From: Intoshia linei
Taxonomy: Eukaryota; Animalia; Orthonectida
Direction: 5' to 3'
Length of the DNA: 64,000 nt
Assembly (NCBI GenBank): GCA_001642005.1
Contig: LWCA01000008.1
Coordinates: 1 to 64,000 of the forward strand
The first letter of the stretch is position 1; each line of letters starts with the position of its first letter. This document shows positions 1 through 12,671 of the stretch, in pieces. The notes beneath the pieces were generated by a model, which ran no database searches, was not told the origin of the DNA, and worked only from the letters and a program-made list of their open reading frames with translations. The translations under genes and the position numbers were made by a program.

Positions 1-1587
1 CAAAAATTGATATAAGAGACTGTACAACATCATGTTCAGAAATGGTAATAATAACTGTTAGTATGTTAACGGTTAGTATCTGTGACGATACTACACCTCA
101 CTTTTTAAGAATAAGGTATTTTGTTAGCTTCTAATACTTCTATGATTTGATTAATTACAAAATTATCGAAATTAACAACTCAGAACTTGCATGCAAATAT
201 AAATCCCATTATGGTAGATAGAGTACATCTTGAATTTAAAGTTTTAATTTAGAACCCACATACACATCTACAATATCTAAATAAATTTAAGTTTATATTT
301 TAAAATGAAAGAATTGACAAGATTAAATAGTTTAATGATAAGAAATATTGATTGGAGCGTCTCAAGAAGTAATAAATGTTTAATTTTTTTAACAATTTTA
401 GATTTGGTATCAAATTAAATTTTTTTAAGTCTTAATGTTGGGGAACGCTGTTCATGGGTAGTGCAATCTTAAGGCATCCTGGATAATCAATATTATACAT
501 ATATCGATATATCATTGAACATTCATATAGCTCATAATTTTTTTAATCGTTAACATTTAATTTATAACGAAAATATGCGATTTTACAACTTCATGAATAC
601 ATTTTTGACCATTTGTTCTTAGTTTTTGTAAAAAATTAATATCAAAGCTAAAACTTATTAGATTCGTACCATTTTCACATCTATTTAATTCAAACCCTTT
701 GAGTTTGCCGGTAATTAATTAATATTTAGATGAAGGGTTGCTAAACTTTTTTCGAAAAAAAATGACATGAATTGCTCCAATTTATTTTAAATGTGTAACT
801 TTTATATTACTATTTTAGAACAATTGTATGATGTTTTTGAAAAATTTGGCAGAATTCGAAATTTGTCTTATCCTTTTGTAATATTTAATATTTATTTGAT
901 TGGTTTTATTATAATTAGGAGCACTAATGTGTTTAAAGGCAATCCATGGGCCATGAAATTAAATTACAAAATATTGATATCTTAATTGTATGTGTCTCCA
1001 CTAGAGCCGTGGAAATGGGCTAGGCAGGACCGTGGAGAGGGGGTGGCTAGGGGCCTACTTTTTAAATTTATTAATAGGTAATGTTGGAAAATTATCGTAT
1101 AATAAAATGTTCCATTAAGATTAAAATTAGTTCCGTGTAAATAGCTTATATAATTATAATTATAGTGCGTGTGTGTGTTCAGCTTTATTTAAATAACTAC
1201 CCGCTTAAAATTTTATACAGTCCACATTTCAATTATAGTTTTTTTCGGGGATGTTCACAAACATAATTTCAATCTTCAAAACTCACATCTTACGGGTTAA
1301 AAATCTAATGGCCTTTTTTTTTAAAATTAAACAAGTTTAAAAATTTAAAAAAATTATATCTTCAGTGCCAAAACCCCAAATTACCCTTCTTTTTTTAATG
1401 AAAACAGCCCTAGAATTTCAAAAAAACAACGAAACTAAAACAACTTTGTTAATATTATTTTGATATTTATTACAATCTTTTTTGGTAAAATTCGACTAAA
1501 ATATGTTTATAAAGTGAAAATTTGGTTAATTATTGATACATAATTGTTATTTTTAATTATTTATTAACTTGGTAAATTGGTATTGAA

Positions 1588-2012
1588 CAGTGGCGACTCT
1601 TTAACTTGGGCTACTCGGGCAAAACCCGAGTTGATATTTTTATATTTTTTGAAAAATATTCAAAAAAATAAAATATTTAATATTTTTGAAATGTTTAAAT
1701 TGAATCAATTTAAATACACATAACTCGGGCACATTTTCATTTGACTAATAATAAATCTATAGATTAAATTTATATAGAGGTTACATCTAAAATTTTATGA
1801 GAAATTATTTATATCTTAGTTATGTTAATTTTAAATATCGTTACAAAAAATTTGAATCTTCATTTTTTATTTATAATTTTCAGATTTAGTTTATAATTAC
1901 GTCTTATTAGTAAATTTTTTTTTGATATATATTATTTTCAAATAAAAAAAAAATGTGTGGTTCCCATAGAAATTTTAGCCCGAGTGATTTCGAATAACCA
2001 GAGTCGCCACTG
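1588..2012. mobile_element. hAT-type MITE (family A)
   Basis: TIRs CAGTGGCGACTCT / AGAGTCGCCACTG; 8-bp TSD gtattgaa/gtactgaa; related copy at 60509-60936. Confidence 0.85.
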
Positions 2013-2440
2013 GTACTGAATATATATCATCACATTGAAAATGACAAAATAGGTTTTTATAATTTTATTTTTTATGGAATTTATGCTATTTATGACAATT
2101 TTTAGGATTGGACTGTTTTTACTTTATTTTCAATATTATACACACATTTTGTCTAGTAATTTAAAAAATGGGATAACAATCGTTTTTAAAATTCTTTACG
2201 CAAATTTTAACAAACAAAAAATTAAGATGGAATAATTCACTTTAAAGTAAAAAGTAATGTGATATAAGATGGTTCCACCTGAAGCAAATTTGGAAACCAC
2301 TCCTTTAAAGGATTGATAATAGTGAGTAGTAGGATTTTTAAGTTAAATTTTCAACATGAATTTATTTTTTTGGTATAATAAAAATGTGCCCTCGGCAGAG
2401 TCAAGTGCTGTTTGTACGTAGTACATAACAGTCAAGCTAG
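2013..2440 (+). mobile_element. 3' part of non-autonomous Helitron
   Basis: Ends TGTACGTAGTACA hairpin + TAACAGTCAAGCTAG|T; same internal sequence as ~27217-27646 and ~52445-52772. Confidence 0.75.
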
Positions 2441-3076
2441 TGTTGTATAAAATTCTAAGAATTTTTTATTTATACAAAAAATGGTAATTTGTGGTTTTGG
2501 CCGTAAAGATATAAGATTTTGAAATTTAAATTTATACATAATGTTGATAATTTTAAAATATTTATCAGATTGTCTATTTTTTAAAATTCTAGGAGTGGTT
2601 TCAATTTTAAAAAAGTGTAATTTAGGGTTTTGGCCCTGAAGATATAATGTTTTTAAATTTATAATAATGTTTATGATTATAAAATCCGTATCAGTGTATA
2701 TATTTTTTTTAAATTCTTAAACTTGTTTGAGTTTGAAAAAAAGGACAATTGGGATTTTTGACCCGTAAGATGTGAGTTTGGGAGGTTTAAATTTATCTTA
2801 TTATATCCCCCTGAAGAAACTGTAATTGAAATGTGGACTTTATAAAATTTATACATAAATAACGTACAAAAATTAACATTTAACGGTAAAAATAGAATAA
2901 CACTTAGTTAATAATTTTAATGGTTAGTTGGCTTGTCTAATAATTTAGTTATAATTGTAATTACTGAGTTAAAAGTATTTATATTTTCTAAATTACTAAA
3001 TATAAAAGTTTAGAATTGAATTAACTTAACTGATTTTTACATTATTATGCATTATTTTATTATTACACGTTCTTAT

Positions 3077-4514
3077 TATGAGTTCTGATTATTCGAAAAT
3101 TTGAAAAACCGGTTATCGAATAATTTTGGTTATTTGAACAACGATTATCCGATTAATCGGAATTTAAAATTTTTAACATAAAAACCAATAATTCTTACTT
3201 ATATTACTTACTTGTATAACTTATATATATAATATGCTACGCGATTTTTGTTTGTGTGTGTGTTCCACTTTATTGAAATAACTACCAGTCTTAGAATTTT
3301 ATAAAGTCCACATCGTTTATTTCAATAACTACCAGTCTTAGAATTTTATAAAGTCCACATTTCAATTACAGTTTTTTCCGAGGCATATAATAAGATAAAT
3401 TTCAACCTCCCAAACTCACATCTTACGGGTCAAAAACTCAATTGTCCTTCTTTTTGAAATCAAACGAGTTGGAGAATTTAAAAAAAGTATAAAATTGTCC
3501 TTCTTTTTGAAAATCAAACGAGTTGGAGAATTTAAAAATATATATACGCTGATACGGATTTTAAAATCATAAACATTATCATAAATTGCTGATGCGGATT
3601 TTAAAATCATAAACATTATCATAAATTTAAATTTAAAAAAATACACTGATGCGGATTTTAAAATCATAAACATTATCATAAATTTAAATTTAAAAAAATT
3701 ATATTTTCAAAGCCAAAACCAAAATTACTCTTATTTTTTTAATGAAAACAGCCGTAGAATTTAAAAAAAATTTACAGGTAGTACACAAAGCCGTCTTAAG
3801 CCACTTCCTGGCCCTGGGCTAAGCAAAGGACCGGAGGCCCTTCAAAATTTTGAGCGAAGCAAAAAAGTATTTGTAAAAAAAATTTCGAGCGAAGCGATAA
3901 AAAAATTTAGGGCCCATTTTTTGAAAATTAATAAGATCAAATCAAAGATTTCCTACTTTTTTTTGAATATTCACTTAATAGAAAGGTTTTAATGTTTAAT
4001 ATTATCATTTGAAACAGTTTTTATGTCAATATTATATGATGAACATTGTAGAATATATTTTAAATTGAATATTTACCAGAACTTTGATTCTTTAAATGAT
4101 TTTCTTTCTAGCTATTTGAATTCCCACACTTCAAAACTTACATATATTACATTATATATATATATACACATGTATAAACTGTTTTTTAAGATATAAGTGT
4201 GAAGTTCTTTTTAATAAATTGGTGACCTCTTTTTAAGATATAAGTGTAAAGTACTTTTATTAATTTGGGGACTTTTTTTAATTAGTGGCCCTGGGCTACA
4301 TCCCATATTGCCCATTTCTTAAAACAGCTCTGGTGGTATAGTTGTATTCTGTTAACACACACAAAAAATTTCAATCCGAATAAGTGATGACTTCACAGTT
4401 AAAAAAGCGTTTTAGTATTTATATATAAATTTTTGAAAATCCGATTATACGAAATATATTCCGATTATTGTAAGCGATTAACCGGGTTTTCGATTAATCG
4501 GATATCATTCCCTA
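3077..4514. mobile_element. Nested cluster: outer hAT-like element containing a Helitron fragment (~3205-4430), which itself contains a hAT MITE
   Basis: Perfect 8-bp TSD gttcttat (3069-3076, 4515-4522); CGATTA-rich subterminal repeats at both ends; right terminus CATTCCCTA. Confidence 0.7.
3786..4332. mobile_element. hAT-type MITE (family B)
   Basis: TIRs CAAAGCCGTCTTAAG / CTTAAAACAGCTCTG; TSD gtagtaca/gtggtata interrupts the Helitron consensus ACAGGTGGTACAGTTG; inverted sister copy at 23051-23482. Confidence 0.85.
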
Positions 4515-5465
4515 GTTCTTATGTATTCTTACTAATTTTTATAACATGCTTAATGTGTAAATTTCAATTTATTATAATAATTTCACTGCAGGGTTTCATC
4601 GTATTAATTTATAATTCTTAAAATTTAACACTTAAAGCTTGATTGTTATTTAATTACATTGTATTCTAATTTTTTTAAATTACTTGAGTAAACAAATCCT
4701 ATGTTATGTCATTTCTACAACAGTTGTAAATGTTTCATATATAAATGTATTTGATAATTTTTTTTAAATTTTTTAATCTTTTTTTTTATTATAATTATAA
4801 TTAAAAGTCATATTTTACATGTATTAAAATGTAGAAAACGTTGTTATTATTGTTTCAAGTATATTATCATAATTCATGATCTTTAGTGATATTTCTGATT
4901 AAAATATATAATTATCTATAATAAATTAATCTTATTCTAGAATAATATTGGATTCAACAAAAAATTTGCAATTCTAACATATGTCAGTAAAGAAGCAAAG
5001 GAATCTTTAACAAAAAATTTCCAACATGAGACAATAAGTTTGAACGGTAAAGAGGTAAATTAAATAAGTAGTAACCTGGATTAAAATTTTTTTAAGCTAG
5101 AATACAGAGAATTAAAGGAATAATTATTATAATAATAATTGTATGTAAATATTTTACAGTATTAAATCTTACAAATCGTATAAATCTAATGTCAAAACAC
5201 TTAACATTATAAGAAAACGGTAAATACGCAACTATGCTCTTGATAAGCACTTGAATGGTATTATTGGTTGTATATGGCACTAATAATAGATTGACATTAA
5301 ATGTTGATAAACACGCCTATAACAAAATACCAACGATTTGCCAAGTCAGAGATAAGTATCTAGTGTAATATTATAACACTTGCTGAATATTTTCATTTCA
5401 TAGAAATTATTTTTCGAAAAGTATACTATAAATTAAATTTATAATTTTAATTTATTTAAATTATA

Positions 5466-8400
5466 ATGATGGAATCACGAGAAAATAAAGAAAAATTATC
5501 TGAAACCAATTTCACACCTCATTTTATATCAAACTTATTATCGAATAAAAAAAAGGAAAATTTAAAAACAAGTTTATCAAGTATTCAAGTATCTCATTTA
5601 TCGAAAAATATCAAACAAAACATGTTTTACAATAAATATATAATGTTGCAAAAACCACAATTTCCAATGAAGAGGAGAAGAAGGACTATTTTTAAAGACC
5701 ATCAGTTGGAAATGCTCGAAAGTACATTTTCTATTAATCAATATCCCGACATTGTTTTGAGGTTGAAAATGGCCATGGTGCTCGGTTTACAAGAAGAAAG
5801 AATTGAGGTTTCTATTTTAATAAATTATATAATTATGCATAAATTTTATTATTTTATTTTTTTCAATTTTGAATTAACATGTAAATGAATCTTTATATTT
5901 TAATATATATTATATAATTTTCTTTATTAATTTCATTTTGCACATGTACTTGAAAAAGTAAGTACAATGGCACAATACTCAGTGTTTTTCAAGTGGATGA
6001 AAAACCTTATTTCTATATTAATAATCCAATGATTATTTCAAGTGTTTAGTCAAAATCTGCTTGATTATATTATTGAATATACATTACACCAAGATGTGTA
6101 AATTCTTTATCTGCATTGTTAATTTAGTTTAATTTAACCCTTTACTAGTCGCGCTTTTTCAAAACGTAAACAGTCGCAAGAGGACAAAAATGGCCGTTTT
6201 TAATGAATGAAAAAGTGACACGATGTAATAAACAAATTTACATATAAAATATTTAATTACAATGATAATAATAAATATGACGCTGATTGATATATTTAGT
6301 TTTATAAATCTGTCTTTAAAGAAATTTGAACATACAATATTTGAATGATTTTTGCAAACGTAGACCGCGCAGATTTTGCACAAATTATTAGTTTTTTTGA
6401 ACTCATTGGTCACACAAAAATAACATTTTCGTCTTTTTACAGCAATTGATGTAGCTAAAATTCATAATTATTCTATTTATATATAAAAATTACATGTATG
6501 TTGAAAAGATAAATTTCTGATTAATTTGTTTTTGTTACATAAAGATTTTCCAAGTTGTCTCAAGTATAATGTCCTCGGCATATATACATTTCCCGATTTA
6601 TAAAGAATATAACTGTTTACAGCCAAAATATTCAATAAACCTTGAAACAAACAATGAGGCCATCCTATAGTTTTGTTTTTGGTATTGTATTCGTTACATA
6701 AATAATCAAGAACGTCAACACCTCCTTTGTTTTTATTATANTACATGGATGTTGATAAGATAAATTTGTGAATAATTTGTTTTCGTTACATAAAGATTTT
6801 CCAAGTTGTCTTAAGTATAATCTCCTCGGCATATATACATTTCCCGATTTATAAATAATGTAACTTTTTACAGCCAAAATATTCAATAAACCTTGAAACA
6901 CTCAATGAGACCATCTTCTAGTTTTCCTTTTTGTACTGTATTCGTTACATAAATAATCAAGAACGTCAACACCTCCTTTGTTTTTATTATAAAATAATAT
7001 AAGGTTAGGTTTTTTTTATCCTCTTCGTTGAAATTAATGCTATCATGCTTTGTATGAGATCAAATTNNNNNNNNNNNNNNNNNNNNNATCCTATAGTTTT
7101 GTTTTTGGTATTGTATTCGTTACATAAATAATCAAGAACGTCAACACCTCCTTTGTTTTTATTATAAAATAATATAAGGTTAGGTTTTTTCTTTGCATCC
7201 TCTTCGTTGAAATTAATGCTATCATGTTTTGTTGAGATCAANAACGTAGACCGGACATATTTTGCACAAATTATTAGTTTCTTTGAACTCATTAGTCACA
7301 CAAAAATAACATTTTCGTCTTTTTACAGCAATTGATGTAGCTAAAATTCATAATTATTCTATTTATATATGAAAATTACATGGATGTTGAAAAGATAAAT
7401 TTCTGAATAATTTGTTGTCGTTACATAAAGATTTTTCAAATGTCTCAAGTATTATCTCCTCGGCATATAACAATTCCCGATTTATAAATAATGTGTAAAA
7501 AGTATTAAACAAACAATGAGGCCATCCTATAGTATTCCTTTTTGTATTGTATTCGTTACATAAATAATCATGAACGTTAACACCTCCTTTGTTTTTATTA
7601 TAAAATAATATAAGGTTAGGTTTTTTCTTTTTATCCTCTTCGTTGAAATTAATGCTATCATGCTTTGTATGAGATCAAATTAACAAATTTTCTAGGTTTG
7701 GGACAATAAGAAGCTAGTGTAATTATTCCTAGATGGCCGAAAATGGTAGAAAAAACAGACCGGTTTTTTGTAGACACAAATTGAGGCGCTAATTCCCTTT
7801 TATTTTTTCTAATGGTACCACATAATGTTATTTTTTTTCCCACAACTGAAACGCCAATGGTATCGATGTAAACCAATTATCCATGTTACATTGCGCCCAC
7901 TTCCCCAATAAGGTTTCAAAATTCGTAGAATAACATTTATAGGTTTATTTTTGCTTTTATCGTCGTCTTTTCCAAGGTATAATTCCAAATTACAACAGTA
8001 AAATGTAGAATCTACAAAATTATATAATTTTAGTCCATATTTTCAAGGCTTCGAAGGTAAATACATTTTAAAATTGCATCTTTCTCTAAATGAGACCATG
8101 GTTTCATCCAATGTTAAGTTATTTCCAGGTTCATAGTTGTTTTGGAAATTTTCCACAAAAACATTAAATATTTCCCTTATTGGTGCAAGCCTGTCATTCT
8201 TTTTTCTTTGTTCTCTAGTGTGTATCTCGTCAAATCTAATAGACCTGGACAAAAATAAAAATCTATTATAAGACACCACGGTTCTAATTGCATCAATACC
8301 GCATCCATCACTTTCCCACTGATCAACAAGTTTATTTGTATTATTAGTAATATTATACATATACTTATTATGTATTATATTTAAGCTCAATTTAAATCTT

Positions 8401-9020
8401 AAAAATAATGTGACATTTTAATTATTTACTATGGCTCATGTCAAAATATAATATGTTAATTTATTTTTATTCATAAAAAACGGACAAAAATGTCCTCTGC
8501 GAGTAGTAAAGAGTTAACTTGTTTTACATAATAACTTTATAAATAAGTATTTTTTACAAATCTTAAATCAACGAAATCAAAGAAATTATTGATATAACTT
8601 GATTTATAAGGCGTTACTCTTTGGGTTAAACAAATTATGTATTTTTATACATTAACCTTATTCACTGTAGTATAAAATTGTTATTTGTCTATTTCAATTT
8701 TACATGTCACATTTAACAATATTTTTTAATCTACCGATGTATTTTACCGACTGTTTAATCATTTAGGGTTTATTTAGAATTTATAATTTAATTTATTTTA
8801 TAGTATCAATTGATTATATCTAACAGATATTTTCTTATGTTATTTTTATTCAATTTGTACAATTTATATTTAGGTTTGGTTCAAGAACCGAAGAGCGCGT
8901 GATAGACGAATCAAAAAATCTTTACCGGAAAGTCGACAAGATACCATATTGAATACTTTACATTCTTCTCAAAAAATTAATTACTCTTTCAATAATTTTC
9001 GTGTTAATAATTTCAATTAA
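5466..9020 (+). CDS. gsc: Goosecoid-like PRD-class K50 homeobox protein; 2 exons (5466-5807, 8874-9020), 162 aa
   Basis: Splicing GAG|gtttct...tttag|GTTTGG gives the complete 60-aa homeodomain KRRRRTIFKDHQLEMLESTFSINQYPDIVLRLKMAMVLGLQEERIE|VWFKNRRARDRRIK. It has K50, the RTIF arm and E46 (EVWFKNRRA, as in Gsc; Otx has QVWF, Pitx RVWF). The intron is at the PRD-class 46/47 position. There is an eh1-like HFISNLL near the N-terminus. Confidence 0.88.
6138..8513 (-). mobile_element. Degenerate piggyBac transposon inside the gsc intron
   Basis: TTAA at 6134-6137 and 8514-8517. Terminal inverted repeats CCCTTTACTAGTCGC / GCGAGTAGTAAAGAG. Transposase fragments LTLDETMVSFRERCNFKMYLPSKP, GTIRKNKREL, YNKNKGGVDVLD and a C-terminal Cys-rich CKICAVYVCKNH. 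Multiple frameshifts and stops. Confidence 0.93.
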
Positions 9021-10121
9021 TTTTTTTTGTTTGTAAATATGTTTGTAATATCCGTTATGTTGTTTTATAAATAAATAGATTTCTTGGACTAACTATTTTG
9101 CTGTTTACATTTTTTGACATGCGTCATAATCAAGTTTTTAATTAATTAAATGGTCAATTAATCTCAGATATTTGAGAGATTTACATTGTGCATTTCAACT
9201 TGCAAAGATTGTCTATTTATAATCAATTAATAGCTATTTAAAAATATTATCCTGAGGCGTAGAAATTTTTAATAACATTTTCGCATTTAAGTTTTGACTG
9301 AACTTGTAATATATATTTTACTTTGCAATTTTATAATTTGGCTGATATATTGATGTACTAATCGTTATTGATTTTTAATATAAACTGGTTAATTGTTTCT
9401 ATTAAAAATTGAATAGTTTTGAGTTTGAATTTATCATTTGATAGTGGTACTGCAAACGTTATATTAAATTTTTATTGGACAAATTACTCTAATCGTTTTA
9501 TTGTATATCACATCAAGAATTTGGTAGTACCAAATTTTATAATTCGATATGTATTATTAGATATTTTGAGATACTAAGTTTACAATACAGTATTGCAACA
9601 GTACAGTAATATTATATGTACCGCTATATTATATCTTTCGCTATAGACTTAAAAAACGTATGTGGTTAGTCAAGTGACACACGTCAAAATGGCATCCATG
9701 TTGTAGATATAAATACATGAGTGAAATGAAACAGATAATTGATTATGCACTTGTAGTTACAGTTGTAAAATACACTAATTGAATACCCTTGGGGGTACAA
9801 ATTAAGCACAAAAACAAGCATCAACAAATTATTAAGGATTAATCATTTGTGTCAGTGTGTAATACACACTGTGTATGAAACTTGTAGTATTCATTTGGCG
9901 TTGATTTATCACAAGATATCACACGTCAAATTAACTTTTATTGATTTTATTTATATTTTAATTGATATTGATCAATCAATTTTATAATGTTGTGGTAATT
10001 TCAATTATAATTTTTATTATTGGAACTGCATCGTCTAGTTCAGGGTGTGGAAAGGTTGTCTTCGGAGTATTTTGATTTTATATTTTAATTCCTTACATAA
10101 TCTTGAATGTCTGTGAGTGTT

Positions 10122-11244
10122 ATATTATCGGATCTAGGTAGGGTGCAGGGTACGGCCACCCTTAGCGTGACAAATGTGCCCTAAAATATTTTAATTTGTG
10201 TATTAACATTGTGAAAAATTAACAAAAATTTCAAGGACCCTTCGTTTACGTTTTATGTATATGTTAACGTCCGTTTGGAGAATCAGGCATTTTAAAGAAT
10301 TTCATTTATTTTTGAAAATATTCGATATTTGTTTATTTTTACCAACCCTTTAGAGAAAAATAATGATCATTTATCATTAATCTATATATTATTTTTGATG
10401 TTAGTAACATCAGTTTAAGTTAAATTATCGGACTTAACGTTGTTCATAATCGAAAGAAAGCTTGTCGAAAATGTTGATTTTAATGAAGTTGAACAACTCA
10501 ACAGGGGCGCATTCAAGGGGTGCAGAAGGGGCAGTTGCACCTCCTAAATTTATAAAAAAATTTTTTTTAATTAATGTTTCGTAAAATAACTGAAAAAGGT
10601 TTCAATTTATTAAAACAATATACTAGATGGCGCATAACATTAAATGTCATTACATGAACAATTGATCATGTGACTTGAGGCCTTTTGTTACATGAACGTC
10701 TATGTGGACTGGCCCTCATGAATTGTCACTATGATTATAATTTTGATATTGAAAGTTTGGTAATAGAGAAAGATGAATTTGCCATACTTCATCCAAGAAG
10801 ACTGGACATAATTGATTTAGGATTATTTAATGAACAAAATTAATTTCTCTTTTTTTTTGTGCTGATCATTTTTTTTATTTTTACGAAAAAATACAAATTT
10901 GGAAACTATTGTATAACAACCTTTAAATGAAATTAAAAGGTACGCTTTAAAATCAAACTAAACGCCTTAATATTAAAAAAGACGCCTTTAAAATTTTTTC
11001 GCTTTCGGTCAAGTTAAATATATTGCTCGCATCCATTAACTAGCCTCTTGGATCTGCCCTGCTAAACAGTTGAATGTTCAACATTCAAAAATTTATAGTA
11101 GAATGAAAACTAGAAAAAAAATATTATAATTATAGATAGAAATATTTAATAAACATAATATAAAAATTCCAATTTAAATACATTATATGCGTTTGGCCCT
11201 TAAAATTATTTTGCCTTCTGGCTGAAAATCTTAAATCAGCCACT
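10122..11244. mobile_element. Degenerate composite hAT-like insertion within a Helitron-like element (host ~10090-11960)
   Basis: The host sequence breaks at gagtgtta and resumes at gtgtgtta-ccgtt. GC-rich TIR-like blocks at ~10127-10170, 10502-10545, 11040-11061 and 11215-11244. Confidence 0.5.
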
Positions 11245-12671
11245 TGTGTGTTACCGTTTATTTAAAAAATTAACAATCATAGAATTAAAAAACTCAATTT
11301 CTAATACAGCTTTTCGCGAGTGATGTTTATAGCTATGTTTCATTTTTCGAAATTTAGTCCTTCAGAATCAAAAAAATAATTTCCCTTTTTTTTAAAAATA
11401 AAATCAAAGTTGAAATTAAAAAAACTAAAATTCTGGGACTCGTTTTAATATCATTAACATTGTCGTAGATCGCAGCCTCAGAAACTTACATTTTCATGAT
11501 CAAAATTACTTTTTTATATATAAAAAGTCTTAAAATTTTATAAACCAAAAATTCTGGGATAGATTTTAAAATCATAACCATTATCATAAATCACAATATT
11601 AAAAAAGTGCATTTCCACAATAAAAACCACAGATTACCATTTTTTTAAAAAAAATTGCAGTTGATACAATTTTATCCAGTTAATACCCAAAAAAATTTCA
11701 ATATGATAAAGTAACACCTTCACGGTCAAACACTTTATTATTCATTTATTTTGGAATTATTTCATTAATAAAAACCAAATAAAATATATAATAATTGAAA
11801 TAATGAATGATTCTAGAATTTAAAAAATAGATCATTCTGGAATACCTTATTCCATTTGATCTAGATCCAGAATGTAGATTCTCGAGACAAAATTTCAGCA
11901 TCAGAAATCTACGCATTGTAAGTGAAAAATATAACTTTTAATACATTTTCAACCAATATTTTTTAAATTTTTAATTATTCTTCCGCCAATTTCAAAAAAG
12001 GTGGGATTTACCGTATACAATGTATAGTATACATTTTATACTATACATATTTGAAATATAGAAATATGGGTTTTAATCCCATAAATTGATTTCATTTGTT
12101 TTTTTATCATTGCTACACGCAATTTCTAATTTTAAATTATGATAAAATATATGAAACTGTAAAAAAAAAAATATATGTAAAAAATTGTTATAAAAACAAA
12201 AATTTATATTATAATGCTAGCCGCACATTCCATAATTGTGACCGCAAATGACCCGCGAGCAGTGGCGTATCTAGGATTTTCAGTCATTGGGCGAAATAAT
12301 TATTAAGGGGCCAAACACATATAATGTATTCAAATTGGAATTTTTATATTATGTTCATTGAATATTTCTATCTATAATAATAATTTGTATTTTTATATAT
12401 ATTGCCAGGGGTCTTATTTAAATCGCAATAAACCACTAATTAAATTAATAATAATCAACAATGAACATTTTATAAATGCAACATTTTTGTATGATTATTT
12501 GTTGAAATTGAGCAGGTTAACCGGTATATTAAACTTGAACTTAAATTTTGATGTCGACCTTAATCAAACACACTAGAAGATTTTATGAATAATTTTCTAA
12601 CGAAATCGGTTCAAAGAATTTATAAAAAATAGAATATATGTAGTACATTTTATTTACACTGAATTTAAGTT

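Noticed and set aside
3270-3700. Short tandem duplications and the repetitive 87-aa ORF 3416-3679
   Set aside because: Local duplications inside a Helitron copy; no constant repeat with unique spacers, so not CRISPR-like and not coding.
5078-6030. GGATTA/TAATCC K50 sites near gsc as autoregulatory elements
   Set aside because: Single hexamers are expected by chance in such AT-rich DNA.
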